The position numbers and the translations under genes are program-made. A DNA stretch of 64,000 nt from Veleropilina oligotropha (Eukaryota): assembly GCA_048128005.1 (NCBI GenBank), contig JBEUKZ010000025.1, positions 62,001-126,000 of the forward strand. The letters run 5' to 3'. The notes under the pieces are model-generated. The model ran no database searches. It was not told where the DNA came from and was given only the letters and a program-made list of their open reading frames with translations. Of this stretch, positions 51,322 to 64,000 are shown one piece after another. Every line of letters starts with the position of its first letter. Position 1 is the stretch's first letter.

Positions 51322-53665
51322 CTTTTATAATATTACTTGGGGACTACTCGAGCAGCTTGAAATATTTTTGATCGCACAAAAACTCTTAAGATGTAACACT
51401 TGAAAACAAAATGTTTACTTCTTCATATTGTGTCACTACATATTATATGGCAAAATTTCAAAACAAATTGACTCTGAAATGCTCTCTCCAGCCTTCTAGA
51501 TTTCAAAATTTTCCCCCGAACCCCCCCCCCCCCCCCCCCCTCCGCCTCTCTGGTGCTCTTACTTGTCGGCCTTCGGCCCTCCATGTTTGAATTTTCTGCT
51601 GAAAATATTTCCCATACTATATGACCGAAGGACATGAAATTTGCTGTGTGTATGCGTCATAACACAAAGGTGTCGCGTACCGAAAGTAGGTCACTGCGAC
51701 CTACTTTTCAGACAACCGCATTTGGTCCAAAATTTCCTTCTGATCTATTTCTTCCATACTATTTGACCGAGGTACACGAAACTTGATGTGTTTATGTGTC
51801 ATAATCCAAAGGTGTGTCGCGTACCAAAAGTAGGTCACTGCGACCTACTTTTCACGCTTGACCACATTTTGTCCAAAATTCCCTTTCGCTTCACATCTTC
51901 TTACTATTTGACCGAGGGACATGAAACTTCATGTGTATGCATCATACCTGAAAGTTGTCACGTACGGAAAGTAGGTCACTGCGACCTACTTTTCACACGA
52001 TGCATTCAGTAAAATTCCCTTCCGCTCCATTTATCCCATAATATTTGACTGAGGGACATGAAACTTCATGTGTGTATGCAACACAGCCTGTTCCTGGGTC
52101 AAATGGTTCCGTGGGGCATGCGATCACTTCCGTGATAACTCTAGTTTAAATTGTTGACGGCAACTGTTGCTATGAATAACATGGAACATGATGACTGTAG
52201 TTATTTTGTAACCAAATACAGCCTGGAAGACACTGTTCTGGAACTATATTTCGGAAGAAAATCAATCGTGCCCATAATATCACTTCATTCCATTGCCCAG
52301 TGAAGGCTAAACTTTTAATGTACTCTACGGTGACGTCAAGTTTTCCCCAGAAACTGGACACTCGCAGGACCGTAATATATAGCCATTTTCTTTGACAAGA
52401 TTTCTTGTGTGCACTTGTTGCAATGCGGGCTGATGAAGCTACCAGTTCGGACTTCAATAACTGGCGGAATGCGCGTTACAGTGTTAATGAGATAAATTGT
52501 TCAGTAGTCGGCAATGGATTTCTATATGTCCGGAGAACAATGATGGGAGGTTAATGGAACTCTTTGTTCGTGTCGTCTAGTTTTCACATGGTGTATAAAC
52601 AGCCCGCTGGTATTAAAGCCATTCCCAGCTAACTGTATACTCGGATCTATGTATGTTTCTGTCTCTACTCAGCTGACTCTGGTCATTCCAACATAAAGGA
52701 CCGTTGTGTTATCCATGCCGGAATGCGATGGTATGAGATAACATCCCCGTGACAAGACGCTATCCGCTGGAGTCGTTGAGTTTACATCTCGCTACTGGAT
52801 CACAAAGTCAGAAATAGATTCTTGACAATTCATTTATATAGTCCACAACATGGTACAAATTACATCGGATACAATTTCTAACTACTCAAAATGAGCCCCG
52901 CCCGGGCGTGCTTTCTAGCTTGAAGCTAGCACGGGACTGCCGCTCTCCGGCATGCACCGGCACCAAACCGAATTCTACCACCCTTGTCTCAACCAATCGG
53001 ATAACCTGCTTTGGATTCGTCTAGCTAGTTTCAAATTAACTCGTCCAATATTTCATTGGGAATACACGCATTTTGACACGGAGTGACGAATTGACTCTTA
53101 TGACATTATGTTTCATAATTACAGAATACGGGCGTCATTCATTTTGAACTCAGAACTAAACATCATTAATCTCTTTCAGTTATATAAATATGCCAGTATT
53201 ACGTGACGTCAATAGCTACTATCAGGCAACTAGTTGTCATTAATAATATACACACAATTATATTAGATCACAGGTCACGATCAATCTCTTTGGGCAGGGG
53301 TGCTCAGTGCAATTCGTAATTAGTACATTATTTCAATATTAAAACATATACAATAGTAATGAATCATTAATAAAGATCTACTCATTAAGTAACTTAGGCC
53401 TCATATTGTAACACTCTACAGTGAAAAGCTAATATCCAATTTGATTTACATGTTTGGTATGACGAGGACACTGCGCCTATTGATTTTTGCTACCGTGGGC
53501 CTCTCGACTTGCTGGGTAGAAGATTCACTAGTTTTAAGACATGTTTTAACAGTTATCCAATCATATCGGAATCACGAGTTTGAAGCTGCTCTATATCGAA
53601 TCGTGTTTGGTCGAAAATGACATTAAAGAGGTCCTTGCGACATTTCCAACCACAAAAGAGTAACT

Positions 53666-54743
53666 AACATCACAGCCTCTATGACCAATAGTTGTGAAGT
53701 TTGTCATGACAAGTGGCCACTGAAGGCAAGGAGTTCTACAAACATCGCAGCCTCGATGACCAATAGTTGTGATGTTTGTCATGACAAGTGGCCACTGAAG
53801 GCAAGGAGTTCTACAAACATCGCAGCCTCGATGACCAATAGTTGTGATGTTTGTAATGACAAGTGGCCACTGAAGGCAAGGAGTTCTACAAACATCGCAG
53901 CCTCGATGACCAATAGTTGTGATGTTTGTAATGACAAGTGGCCACTCGGAAGGCAAGGAGTTCTACAAACATCGCAGCCTCGATGACCAATAGTTGTGAT
54001 GTTTGTAATGACAAGTGGCCACTCGGAAGGCAAGGAGTTCTACAAACATCGCAGCCTCGATGACCAATAGTTGTGATGTTTGTAATGACAAGTGGCCACT
54101 CTGAAGGCAAGGAGTTCTACAAACATCGCAGCCTCGATGACCAATAGTTGTGATGTTTGTAATGACAAGTGGCCACTCTGAAGGCAAGGAGTTCTACAAA
54201 CATCGCAGCCTCGATGACCAATAGTTGTGATGTTTGTCATGACAAGTGGCCACTGAAGGCAAGGAGTTCTACAAACATCGCAGCCTCGATGACCAATAGT
54301 TGTGATGTTTGTCATGACAAGTGGCCACTCGGAAGGCAAGGAGTTCTACATACATCGCAGCCTCGATGACCAATAGTTGTGATGTTTGTCATGACAAGTG
54401 GCCACTCGGAAGGCAAGGAGTTCTACAAACATCGCAGCCTCGATGACCAATAGTTGTGATGTTTGTCATGACAAGTGGCCACTGAAGGCAAGGAGTTCTA
54501 CAAACATCGCAGCCTCGATGACCAATAGTTGTGATGTTTGTCATGACAAGTGGCCACTGAAGGCAAGGAGTTCTACAAACATCGCAGCCTCGATGACCAA
54601 TAGTTGTGATGTTTGTCATGACAAGTGGCCACTGAAGGCAAGGAGTTCTACAAACATCGCAGCCTCGATGACCAATAGTTGTGATGTTTGTCATGACAAG
54701 TGGCCACTGAAGGCAAGGAGTTCTACAAATCATTACAGCCTCG
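53666..54743. repeat. 75/77-bp tandem satellite, ~14 copies
   Basis: Unit aggcaaggagttctacaaacatcgcagcctcgatgaccaatagttgtgatgtttgtcatgacaagtggccactga. Confidence 0.95.
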
Positions 54744-54944
54744 ACCGACGACGAGAAAAAGTGGGAGTCCATGCAAGTACCACTTGAACGTGTCCGGACC
54801 CCTTTTTAAATGCGTTTTAAGACCCGTTTTATCCGATCATATTGCAATCGGGATCACAGGTTTAAGGTCATATCCGATCAGTAAAACTTAACATATGTAT
54901 CGGAGGTGCGTTCGCCCTTCTCTTAAATAGAATTTGTTTGGGTT

Positions 54945-57050
54945 TAGAAAGCGCATTACTGCCACTCATATAAAAACCCATTGAGTTGTCTTGTCCTCTA
55001 TAACCTGTCCTTCTTCTTAAAATGCTCATCTAGGCGATTTTTAAATTGGTTTACAGATGTCGATTCCACTACATTATTAGGAAGGGCATTCCATTCATCG
55101 ACAACCCGATTTGAGAAAAAGTGTTTTCTAACGTCGTCGGAATCGTTTTTTGTAAATCTTGTATTGATGCCTTTGGTTCATCTGAAAAAAAGAAACTATT
55201 GTCAACGTTGTCTTTTCCTGTAAACATTTTAAACACCTGGATCATATCACCTCTTATCCTTCTCAAAGATAATGTTGCGAGGTTCAGAGCTCTTAGTCTC
55301 TCCTCGTATGGTAATTCTCTCAATTCTCCTATCAATTTTGTGGCTCTTCTTTGAACTTGTTCTATTATATTGATATCCTTTGCAAGATATGGACACCATG
55401 CTTGCACTGCATATTCTAAATGCGGTCTAACCATTTGCTTGTATAGGCGAGTTATGATGGCTTTAGATTTAAAATTAAAATTTCTCTTTATCATTCCCAA
55501 TATTTGATTTCCCTTTTTAGCTGACTCTGCACATTGATTAGATGGTTTAAATGTCTTGTCTACCCATACACCCAAATCTTTTTCTTTGGCCACTTCTTGT
55601 AAAGCTTCTGAACCCATTTCATAATTATAGGTATTGTTATTATAACCCACATGCATTACTTTACATTTGCTGGTGTTGAAAACCATTTGCCAGTCCTCAG
55701 ACCATTTTATCACATTATTTAAATCACCTTGAAGTTTCTTTGCATCTTCTTCTGTTTCGATAATTCTGTACAGCTTGGTATCGTCTGCAAACTTTTTTAC
55801 TAGAGATGTAATGACGTCATCAATATCATTTAAATATATGAGAAACAACAATGGTCCCAACACAGAACCTTGTGGGACTCCACTTAGTACTGGTTTCCAT
55901 TCTGACTTTATCCCATTTATTACAACCCTCTGTTTTCTATTTTCTAGCCACTTACATATCCAATTTAGTATTTGGCCTTTAATGCCATGGTTACTTAATT
56001 TTTGTAATAGTCTGTTATGTGGTACTTTATCGAATGCTTTCTGAAAATCAAGATATATGATATCAACTGGTTTGCCATTGTCAATTGCACTTGTTACATG
56101 TTCAAAAAATTCCAGTAAGTTTGTTAAACAAGATCTTTTTTCCATAAACCCATGCTGACTTACGTTTAGAAGGCCAAATTTATGTATGTGTTTTAAGATA
56201 GCATCCTTTAAGATAGATTCCATTATTTTGCCTACTATTGATGTCAGACTAACAGGTCGATAATTTTGGGTATTTGATCGACTACCTTTTTTAAAGATTG
56301 GGGTAATATTTCCAGTCATCAAGGCAAGCTGCCTTCTTGTAGAGTTTCAGTCATCAAGGCAAGCTGCCTTCTTGTAGAGTTTTATTGAATATCAGGGCTA
56401 ATGGCTTTGCTAATTCATCTTTACCGAATTTTAGCAATTTGGGATATATGCTGTCTGGACCTGGAGCTTTACTGACATTTAGTAAGCTTATCTTTTTTTC
56501 AACCATTTCCGTAGTAATTTCAATACTTTCACAAAATGTTTCATGATCTTCATAAATAAGTTTTACCGGTGGAATGTTTATCGTGTCCTCAATAGTATAA
56601 ACAGATGCAAAATATTTGTTAAGGGATTCTGAGATTTGTGCATCATCGGATATTATATTTCCATGTTCATCGTTCAGGGGACCTACGACATCTTTTGTTT
56701 TTTGTTTTGACCTAATATAAGCATAAAAAGATTTGGGGTTTTCCTTGATGTTTTCTGCTAACTTTTCTTCCAAAGCTTTTTTGGCTGCTCGGATTTCTTT
56801 TTTACTTTCTTTCTCACATTCTTTATATTTTGGGTGCTCATCTGTGTCGTGTGACTCTCTGTGTCATTTCCAACGTTTATATTTCCGTCTTATAATTTTT
56901 CTGACTTTCCTGGTTAACCATGGTGGTGAATGTTTTTTGCGTCTACACTTTAATGGAACATTTCTTTTCATTATTTGTTCGATGTTATTTCGAAAACCTT
57001 CCCAACATTCCGTGGCATTTAAGTTTTCAGTTCCCTCCCAGTTTATATTT
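54945..57050 (-). mobile_element. CR1-group non-LTR retrotransposon, 5'-truncated ORF2 (reverse transcriptase), disrupted
   Basis: Peptides KAPGPDSI, NYRPVSLTS, YLDFQKAFDKVPH, GVPQGSVLGPLLF, FADD and RPHLEY. Frameshifts, including a 35-bp duplication at 56313-56382. Confidence 0.93.
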
Positions 57051-57479
57051 CGGAGTGACAAAAACTAAGAAATGTATCATTAAAGTTAGTGAAAATGTTA
57101 AAAGTAGACTTTGTACTCTCAGAATGCAAGGGGAGGGGGGTGTGTGTGATTCACACAGTTCATTGTTAGCATACTACAAAATTTTGACCCCTCGAAAATT
57201 CACCCTTTGAGATAGTATACGCACAATTCTCCAGTAGTACGTTGCTCCTTGGGAATCCATCTCTTAGAAATGAAGGTCGATGCGAGATACCATGGTGACT
57301 GCTTCATCCGTCTGCGGTAGTTGATGCAGCGCTGGTGTACACTATGTAGCCTAGGTATGGGCTTGCCTAACTCGTTCTCATGAACCGCATCGTTTTATCA
57401 CTGAAGAATGTTGATGCGATATATTTGCTGAAGTTGGAACGAAGCAAGGTGATCAGAGTTATCTCCCATATTAGGATGG

Positions 57480-58490
57480 ATGTGTATATTTACAACCATC
57501 GGGTTCAAGCAGGACATTTCCATATTATCGAGGGATGAATGCCCAGGGACACCCGGCCAGTTACGGATAACTGAACAATATAAGTTGTCGGACGACGTCA
57601 CGGTAAATACGGTGGATTGAATACCGAATAAAGTTAACGTTATGAGGTTTTCAATCCAACCTATTTACCAAGACATTGTTCGACAACGTATTTATCTTTA
57701 TTTTATCATCATTTACCTTGATTTCTTACCGTGATGCTTGATTAACAGAGTCCCGATTTCGTTCATAACACTTGTTAGCAGCCATTTACAGTTTCAGTAA
57801 GGCCGAGTTATTTCCCTTGATGGCCAGTTAACCAATCAGAACAGAGGATTATGACGTCACCGTGGTATATGGGTCCATGAACCACGGCTGAGCGGGGTTC
57901 ACGGTCAGTTAAGAAAATGATGTCAGCCAATCAGAACAGAGAATTCGTGGCGAAATCAAGATAATATAAGTTGTCGAACGACGTCGCGGTAAATATGGTG
58001 GATTGAATACCGAATAAAGTTAAACCATGAGGCGCTAGCACCGAGTGGTTTAACGTTACGAGGTATTCAATCCAACGTATTTGCCAAGACGTTCGACAAT
58101 GTATTTATCTTGATTTTACCTTGATTTCTTACCGTGAGGCTTGATTAACAGAGTCCCGATTTGGTTCATAACACAAGTTTGTTATTTATGATCATAGAAG
58201 CCATTTGCAAAGCAATCGACAGTTCCAGTAAGGCTGATTTATTTCCGTTAACGGCCAGTTAGCCAATCATAACAGAGGATTCACGTCACCGTGGTTTATG
58301 GATCCATAAACCACGGCTGACCGGTGTTCACAGTCAGTTAACAAAATGACGTCAGCCAATCAGAACAGGATTCGCGGCAAAATCAAGATAAAGAATGTTA
58401 ATAGTGCCCAACCAAGATTCGAACCCACTCCTGTTAGCTCTATCAAAAGAGTCGGCGCTCCATATCACACGACTACAAGAGCGGCCTATA
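57480..58490 (-). mobile_element. SINE (head 58403-58487, body 57480-57577) split by a tandem pair of ~400-bp palindromic elements
   Basis: B-box GGTTCGAATCT on the minus strand. The body resembles the 37675 SINE. 57578-57962 and 57964-58390 are direct copies carrying CCAATCAG motifs. Confidence 0.55.
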
Positions 58491-58783
58491 AGTCTATGAT
58501 TGACAGCCTCGTAACAAAAAACTAACTGCGATGCATTGGTGTGTTTTTATAGTGTAGGCATTTAGCTACTAATGTCAATATTGGAACAGTGAACAGACAA
58601 GAGCCACTGGATACGACATCAATATATGCATGGTCTAGAAAAACGTTATTGTATAGAACTACAGATTGTTAATTGATAATTACAAAATGATAAATCAAAC
58701 AATATTTTTTACTTACAATGGATGCCATACCTAAAAATTAGTCTCTGTAACAGCATTTATTGTCAAAGATGAGAAACAGTCAC

Positions 58784-59258
58784 CAGGCGCGGATCCAGGG
58801 CACCCACCCCCCTAAAGTTGGTCAAGCATACTAAAATAATATGTATAATCTGATACAAATGACTTTCAGAACATTATAAATAGGCCTACCACAAAATACT
58901 AAAGTTGAATTGTATTACTATTAGCTTTTGCAATGTAATAATGAAGGAGGGGGGATTTCACACCGTTAATTGTCAAAATTTTATTGCCCGACCACCACGC
59001 TGATAATTCGATTATGACAAAATAAACAAAAAATTTGACTCGTGCTATTTGAGTGACGGTGGTTGATAAAAAGTTAGTATGAAATATCGCTTTTGCCGTG
59101 TCAGAGTGCCGGAGAGGGGGTTTCAGGCTGCTGATTGTCAAAATTTTCTTTCGCGTGGGGCCCTGCCCCCACGCGAACAGTTGATAGTAAATTCAGCCCC
59201 CCCCCCCCCCCCCCACGCGAACAGTTGATAGTAAATTCAGCGCCTGGATCCGCGCATG
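58784..59258. mobile_element. MITE, 5-bp TSD
   Basis: TIRs caggcgcggatccagg / cctggatccgcgcatg, TSD GTCAC. Confidence 0.8.
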
Positions 59259-59513
59259 GTCACAGCTTCAATGGCGGAATTTTTTGCATCATGCATATCT
59301 TATCGCAATATATATAGGCTAAATCAAGCGTTTAGAGGATTCGTTTAAAATTATTGTTCAATGATTTCGTGCATTCAGCCTTGTAACAACAAAACAATGA
59401 GGCGACTCAGCGAAGTCGAAATATAAAGCTACATCACTGTGGGTCAAATTGAATATTCACGACATTCGATTCTAAAATATATATAGACATAAGTAGACAA
59501 CGTCAATCCTGCC

Positions 59514-60650
59514 GACAAAGTGAATTCGATTCGTACACACGTGCAGTATGCTATGCGCAATTGTATGGAACGCCAAATTAACATTTATTCAATTAATTGA
59601 ATTTATCTTGAAATAATACAGTTAATTGGAGATAGGTTCAATTCAATTAGACCTATAGGTGCAATTCAATTGAACCTAGGTGCAATTCAATTGAACCTAG
59701 GTTCAATTCAATTGGAGATAGGTTCAAATAAGACAAATTAAACCTATCTCTAATTGAATTAGACCTATCTTTAATTGAATTGCACCTATCTTCAATTGAA
59801 TTGAACCTATCTTTAATTAAGAACACATCACAATATATTTACTAAAACAACCTCTCCCCGCCGCTAGTATATGTGATTTGAAAACATGATATATAATATA
59901 TAAACCGATACGACCAATCGACAAGAACAGCCATTATAGCGTTTTGATAACTCCGCCACTCGGAAGTAAAGGGGATAAATCATTACTTTATATATGAAGC
60001 CAACGAATTGTAGATAGGTTCAATTCATTTGAAGATATGTGCAATTCATTTGCGGATATGTTGTATTTGAAGATAGGTTCCATTCAATTGAAGATGGGTT
60101 CAATTCAATTGCACCTAGGTTCAATTCAATTATACCTAGGTACAATTAATTAGAGATAGGTTCAATTCAATTGAAGATAGGTACAAATACTTCGATTCAA
60201 TTGAACCTAGGTTCAATTGAATTAGACCTAGGTTCAATTGAATTGAACCTAGGTTCAATTGAATTGAACCTAGGTCTAATTAATTGAACCTATCTTCAAT
60301 TATTTAAAGATAGGTGCAATTAATTGAATATATGTTAATTTGGCGTTCCATACAATTGTGATAGATGTTCAGGAAAACTACGATCTTCTTTGGACAACAT
60401 CGTTCAACATTACAAAAACGTCCACGAAAACAGTAATCCAAAAAGTCGTTGCAAGACTCAAATAAATAATGAGCTAAGCAAACAGATCATCACATCGGAT
60501 TTTCTGATAAATTGTCACGAAATTCAATAAGAAAGTTAATAGTGTACACGTCACCAGAAAACTGCATTACGGCAATGGACACCCATTACGTGGAATCATT
60601 TAACAATGCGATAAAAATATATCATGACAAGCGTATTGTTTTCGACGAAA
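59514..60650 (+). pseudogene. Degenerate DDE transposase relic (Kolobok-like), interrupted by a MITE
   Basis: Removing 59563-60357 joins DKVNSIRTHVQYAMRN to CDRCSGKLRSSLDNIVQHYKNVHE..SRCK. Downstream: VYTSPENCITAMDTHYVESFNNAIKIYHDKRIVF. Confidence 0.6.
59563..60353. mobile_element. Sola1-like MITE with palindromic ~21-bp internal repeats
   Basis: TIR GTATGGAACGCCAAATTAACAT, TSD AATT. Arrays of aggttcaattcaattgaacct. Confidence 0.8.
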
Positions 60651-60999
60651 GTAATATGCTCCGCACGATTCTAGACTGAATAATATTTGGAACAATGTCT
60701 TACAAAAGTTGGTCGGAACTTGGGAGAATATTAAATTGTGCATTGTTGACGATGAAATGCTTTTTCTTGGCAGTATGTTTGGATTAGATATAACATATGC
60801 ATTAATCTACGTCAGTATTGAATTTATTAGAGTAATCTAATTACGACGTTTGTCTTTTGTTGTCACAGTAATTATCACCTGCAAAAGTGACTGGCAATAT
60901 TGAATAGCGGACGATGTAAGGCCACGTCCCTAACTAGAAGGACAAGCCCACCGACCACCCGGTCGCAGATTCCGGCCTTTAAACGTCACGGGGTGGTAG

Positions 61000-61170
61000 G
61001 TGGTGGTTCGAAAGCACAGCCCATGGTTCAACGATGAAATTAGGAAATCGAAACAACAACGCCGACAACTGGAACGGCTGTAAAACCAGTCTAAGCTTGA
61101 AGTGAACCAGACCGTGATCCGTTACAAATTCACTGATCAAAGATTAGAAATAACTCTATTATAATAAGAC
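61000..61170 (+). mobile_element. L2/CR1-type LINE ORF2 linker fragment
   Basis: VVVRKHSPWFNDEIRKSKQQRRQLERL*NQSKLEV. Confidence 0.55.
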
Positions 61171-61689
61171 AAAATTCATTTTCATGTTTCCAATGAATTA
61201 CTGGGTAAAAGCAGGAAATAACGTTACCAGATCACAATAGCACCACCGATTCAGTGATTACTTTATCAATAGAGTAGGTTATTTATTATTAACGGCATTA
61301 TGCCATATAGGCAATATTTGCCTCTCGCCGTAAAGTAATATACACAGAAGACAATATACACACACAGACAATTGCAAATAATCCTATCGCTACATAGGTT
61401 TTAACATGGAGTTATTTATAAGTTCGAACACATGCAGCAAGACATATTAATGCTTATAGTGTTACTAAGGTTACTAGCTTCATCTCTCTAATTAACCTGC
61501 ATACCAAGAAATGATTTACAAACATAACATTGTTTAAAAAAATACAAGTAATATGTCATAAGACACATACAGAGCAAAGAAAAAATACACGTTAATTTGT
61601 TGTAAGCTAATATGGATTTACATTATTGCTGAACGTAGTCTCATGGCTGCTGTAATAAATTTTCTACTTCTTTTCGGACTATCGATGCT

Positions 61690-62570
61690 CATTAATTTGA
61701 CAAGTTTATGTGTATTTATTTGGCCAATGGCAGTAATAATTAGGGAGATATGTCAATCTGAGCTCACGATAAAATGGACATACCAGTAGGAAATGATGCT
61801 CATTTTCTACACAATTCATGGTGCAGGCCAGACAAATTCTCAATTCTCTTGCAACATTCGTATATCTGCCAAATTCAATCCCTATAACTGCATGGTGAGC
61901 ACTGCAACGCAAACGTTATGTTAACCATATGTACATCAGAGCAATAATCTAAGTATTTTTCAAATATAAGTTCTTTTTCAAATGTTAGTATGTATCTAAT
62001 TTAGTACTAGATTATATGTCAGCATGCCATTTTTGAATGTATTGACCTTTTAGTCGCTCCATAATAATATTAACTGGTACTGTAAAATATTCCACAAAAA
62101 ATATGCCACACATATCCCAAACCTAATTCATTCAACATATTTTTAATAGATGACGACCATGTATTGTTATTAAAATATTCTAATTCTTTCTGATATCTTC
62201 CGTAAATTAAAGTATTTCGATTACTCAAAATTTTCGCCCAATATTTAATTGCCTTTTCCCTTTGAGTGAGGTACAGTGACATTAATCCAAGTTCCCCGTA
62301 ATCAGCGCTACTGTTTGTTGGGCTTTTTACATTTAATATTCTTTTACAAAATTTTCCATACCCCCATATTTTCATACCATATAATAATATTGGATTTATC
62401 ATTAATTTAAATAAGTATAGTTTGGTGCTTGTGACAAGGTCAGGTCTAGCAGCAAAGTGTTTAAAGGTCAAATATGGCAGTCATAAAATCGTATATTCGC
62501 ACTAAACATTAAATATATGCTAAGTCAGTTAAAACAAAAAATATATTGAAATTACACCAAAATACTATTG
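61690..62570 (-). mobile_element. Non-LTR retrotransposon ORF2 C-terminal fragment, degenerate
   Basis: Peptides KLYLFKLMINPILLYG..IWG, YGELG and RCSAH..IEFGRY..RICLAC..VENEHHFLLVCPFY (C-terminal zinc knuckle). Confidence 0.75.
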
Positions 62571-63112
62571 TTTAAAGTTGTCACAAAGTTGGGCGTGTCC
62601 AGCGAAACTTTCTTCGTGACCTGTGACCTTGCCAGCGATTATGACCGCAAAACCGTCCAAAAAATGCCATAATCATGACAGCTCGTGCTAGGACAATTAG
62701 TGCGAAGATCGTGATAACTCGTGCCACATTCAATAGGACTTACGTCATTGCAAATAAAAATCGCACAAGAGTAAAAACATGTATATTACGGCAGTTTTGA
62801 TAATCAAATAAGTACATTACACATAAATGCATTTCCATTAGCATTCATAAGTATACTATTCTCAGGGGCGTCGCGACCGGGGGGGTAAGGGGGGTATTTA
62901 CCCCCCTAAAAGTTTGGAAGCAAGTGCCCTTGCATAAGCTTCATGTTAACGTCATTACACTATACGGACTTCATCGAAGACAAAATTAGCAACATACCAT
63001 AAATATGTTAAAGTATTTTGTTCTTAAATACCAGGAAAATGCATCTGAGGCACTTAAATTCTGCAAAGGGCTTCGCGCCTTTAGCGATCGCACTACTGGC
63101 TCAGGCAATATG

Positions 63113-63980
63113 CATACTAGTACTTGCCAACCCTACCGACTCACGCGGTAGGTTACCGATTTTATAAGACTACTACCGACTACCGTTTTAAATAGATAGC
63201 ATACCGATTCGAGATTTTAATAACGAGCACGCAGTGCATGCGAACGGCAATGTTCGCCTATACGGTAGTACACAGGAAAGATTATTTGCCATGATCGAAC
63301 ACGCATAATATTCAACCAATGAAATTGTCAGGAGGGTTTGCTGGTCAATCTTTGCCATGGTCGATTTCGCGAATAATTATTGCTTGCAAAGTTGGCCCTA
63401 GCTATTTCGTTCATTAGTTTTGTAAGCGTAATCAATAAAGACATTTCATTGCGAGATTTCCGGATATGTATAAACTAGGCCTATATGCAACATATTAGAT
63501 AATCGTACCGAATGTTCAATCAATATCATTATGTAATCATTTGTGGCATAGGCTAGACAATTACTGCAGTTGGACAAGTTCTTTCGTTATCTTATCAGCG
63601 ATTCGCCGTCAGAATTCTCCCCCCCCCCCCCTAGAACACTTGTAAACCATGTCCGTAATATAGTGTCTGTAAAAAATAGTATTGAACAAACGAAGTACCG
63701 TACGTAGTCAATTTATATTTCAGAATTCAGGAAAATATGTGGGTACTCACATTATCGAATATTTATTTTAACATGTTTTTAACAATTTCTGCTCTCCAAA
63801 CATGAAATTTTGAGGCAAAAAAAATGTCAATTTTTGTCCTAGAATGCAGGAGAACGCTTCTCAGAGCTTCTAAATTAAAAAAATCTTGGGGGGGCATGCC
63901 CCCAAACCCCCCTAGATATTCGCGGCCTACGGCCGCTCACGTGACTACCTCTTTCTTGCCATAAAAGGTTGCAAAGTATG
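63113..63980. mobile_element. MITE, 7-bp TSD
   Basis: Termini catact..tgccaacc / ggttgcaaagtatg, TSD CAATATG. Confidence 0.6.
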
Positions 63981-64000
63981 CAATATGCGGTGCCCTTGGT

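Noticed and set aside
53591..54787. Cys-rich repeat proteins (CDVC..PC), or CRISPR-like hairpin repeats
   Set aside because: These are translations of a satellite. The 77-bp variants shift frame and there are no spacers.

Overview
AT-rich, repeat-dense animal genomic DNA. It looks like a marine invertebrate (lophotrochozoan-like, inferred from the repeat landscape only). Two intron-containing housekeeping genes sit head-to-head, with ATGs about 665 bp apart. On the minus strand are the first three coding exons of MRTO4/MRT4 (28, 59 and 104 nt; the gene runs off the left edge). On the plus strand is a complete 14-3-3 zeta-like gene (5 coding exons, 252 aa). Almost everything else is nested mobile DNA: Helentron-type non-autonomous elements carrying ~140-170-bp tandem arrays, CAG..CTG MITEs with 5-7-bp TSDs, Sola-, piggyBac-, Helitron- and Crypton-like elements, a Merlin (IS1595-like) transposase remnant, a Kolobok-like transposase relic split by a MITE, a Penelope GIY-YIG fragment whose inverted end holds a minimal hammerhead ribozyme, tRNA-derived SINEs, LINE fragments and two short-unit satellites. 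Most short ORFs in the supplied track are spurious. I found no demonstrably new biological system. The best leads are the hammerhead, the insertion nesting that can be reconstructed within the window, the hairpin satellite and the 5/6/7-bp-TSD MITEs. All family assignments come from motif recognition, not database searches.
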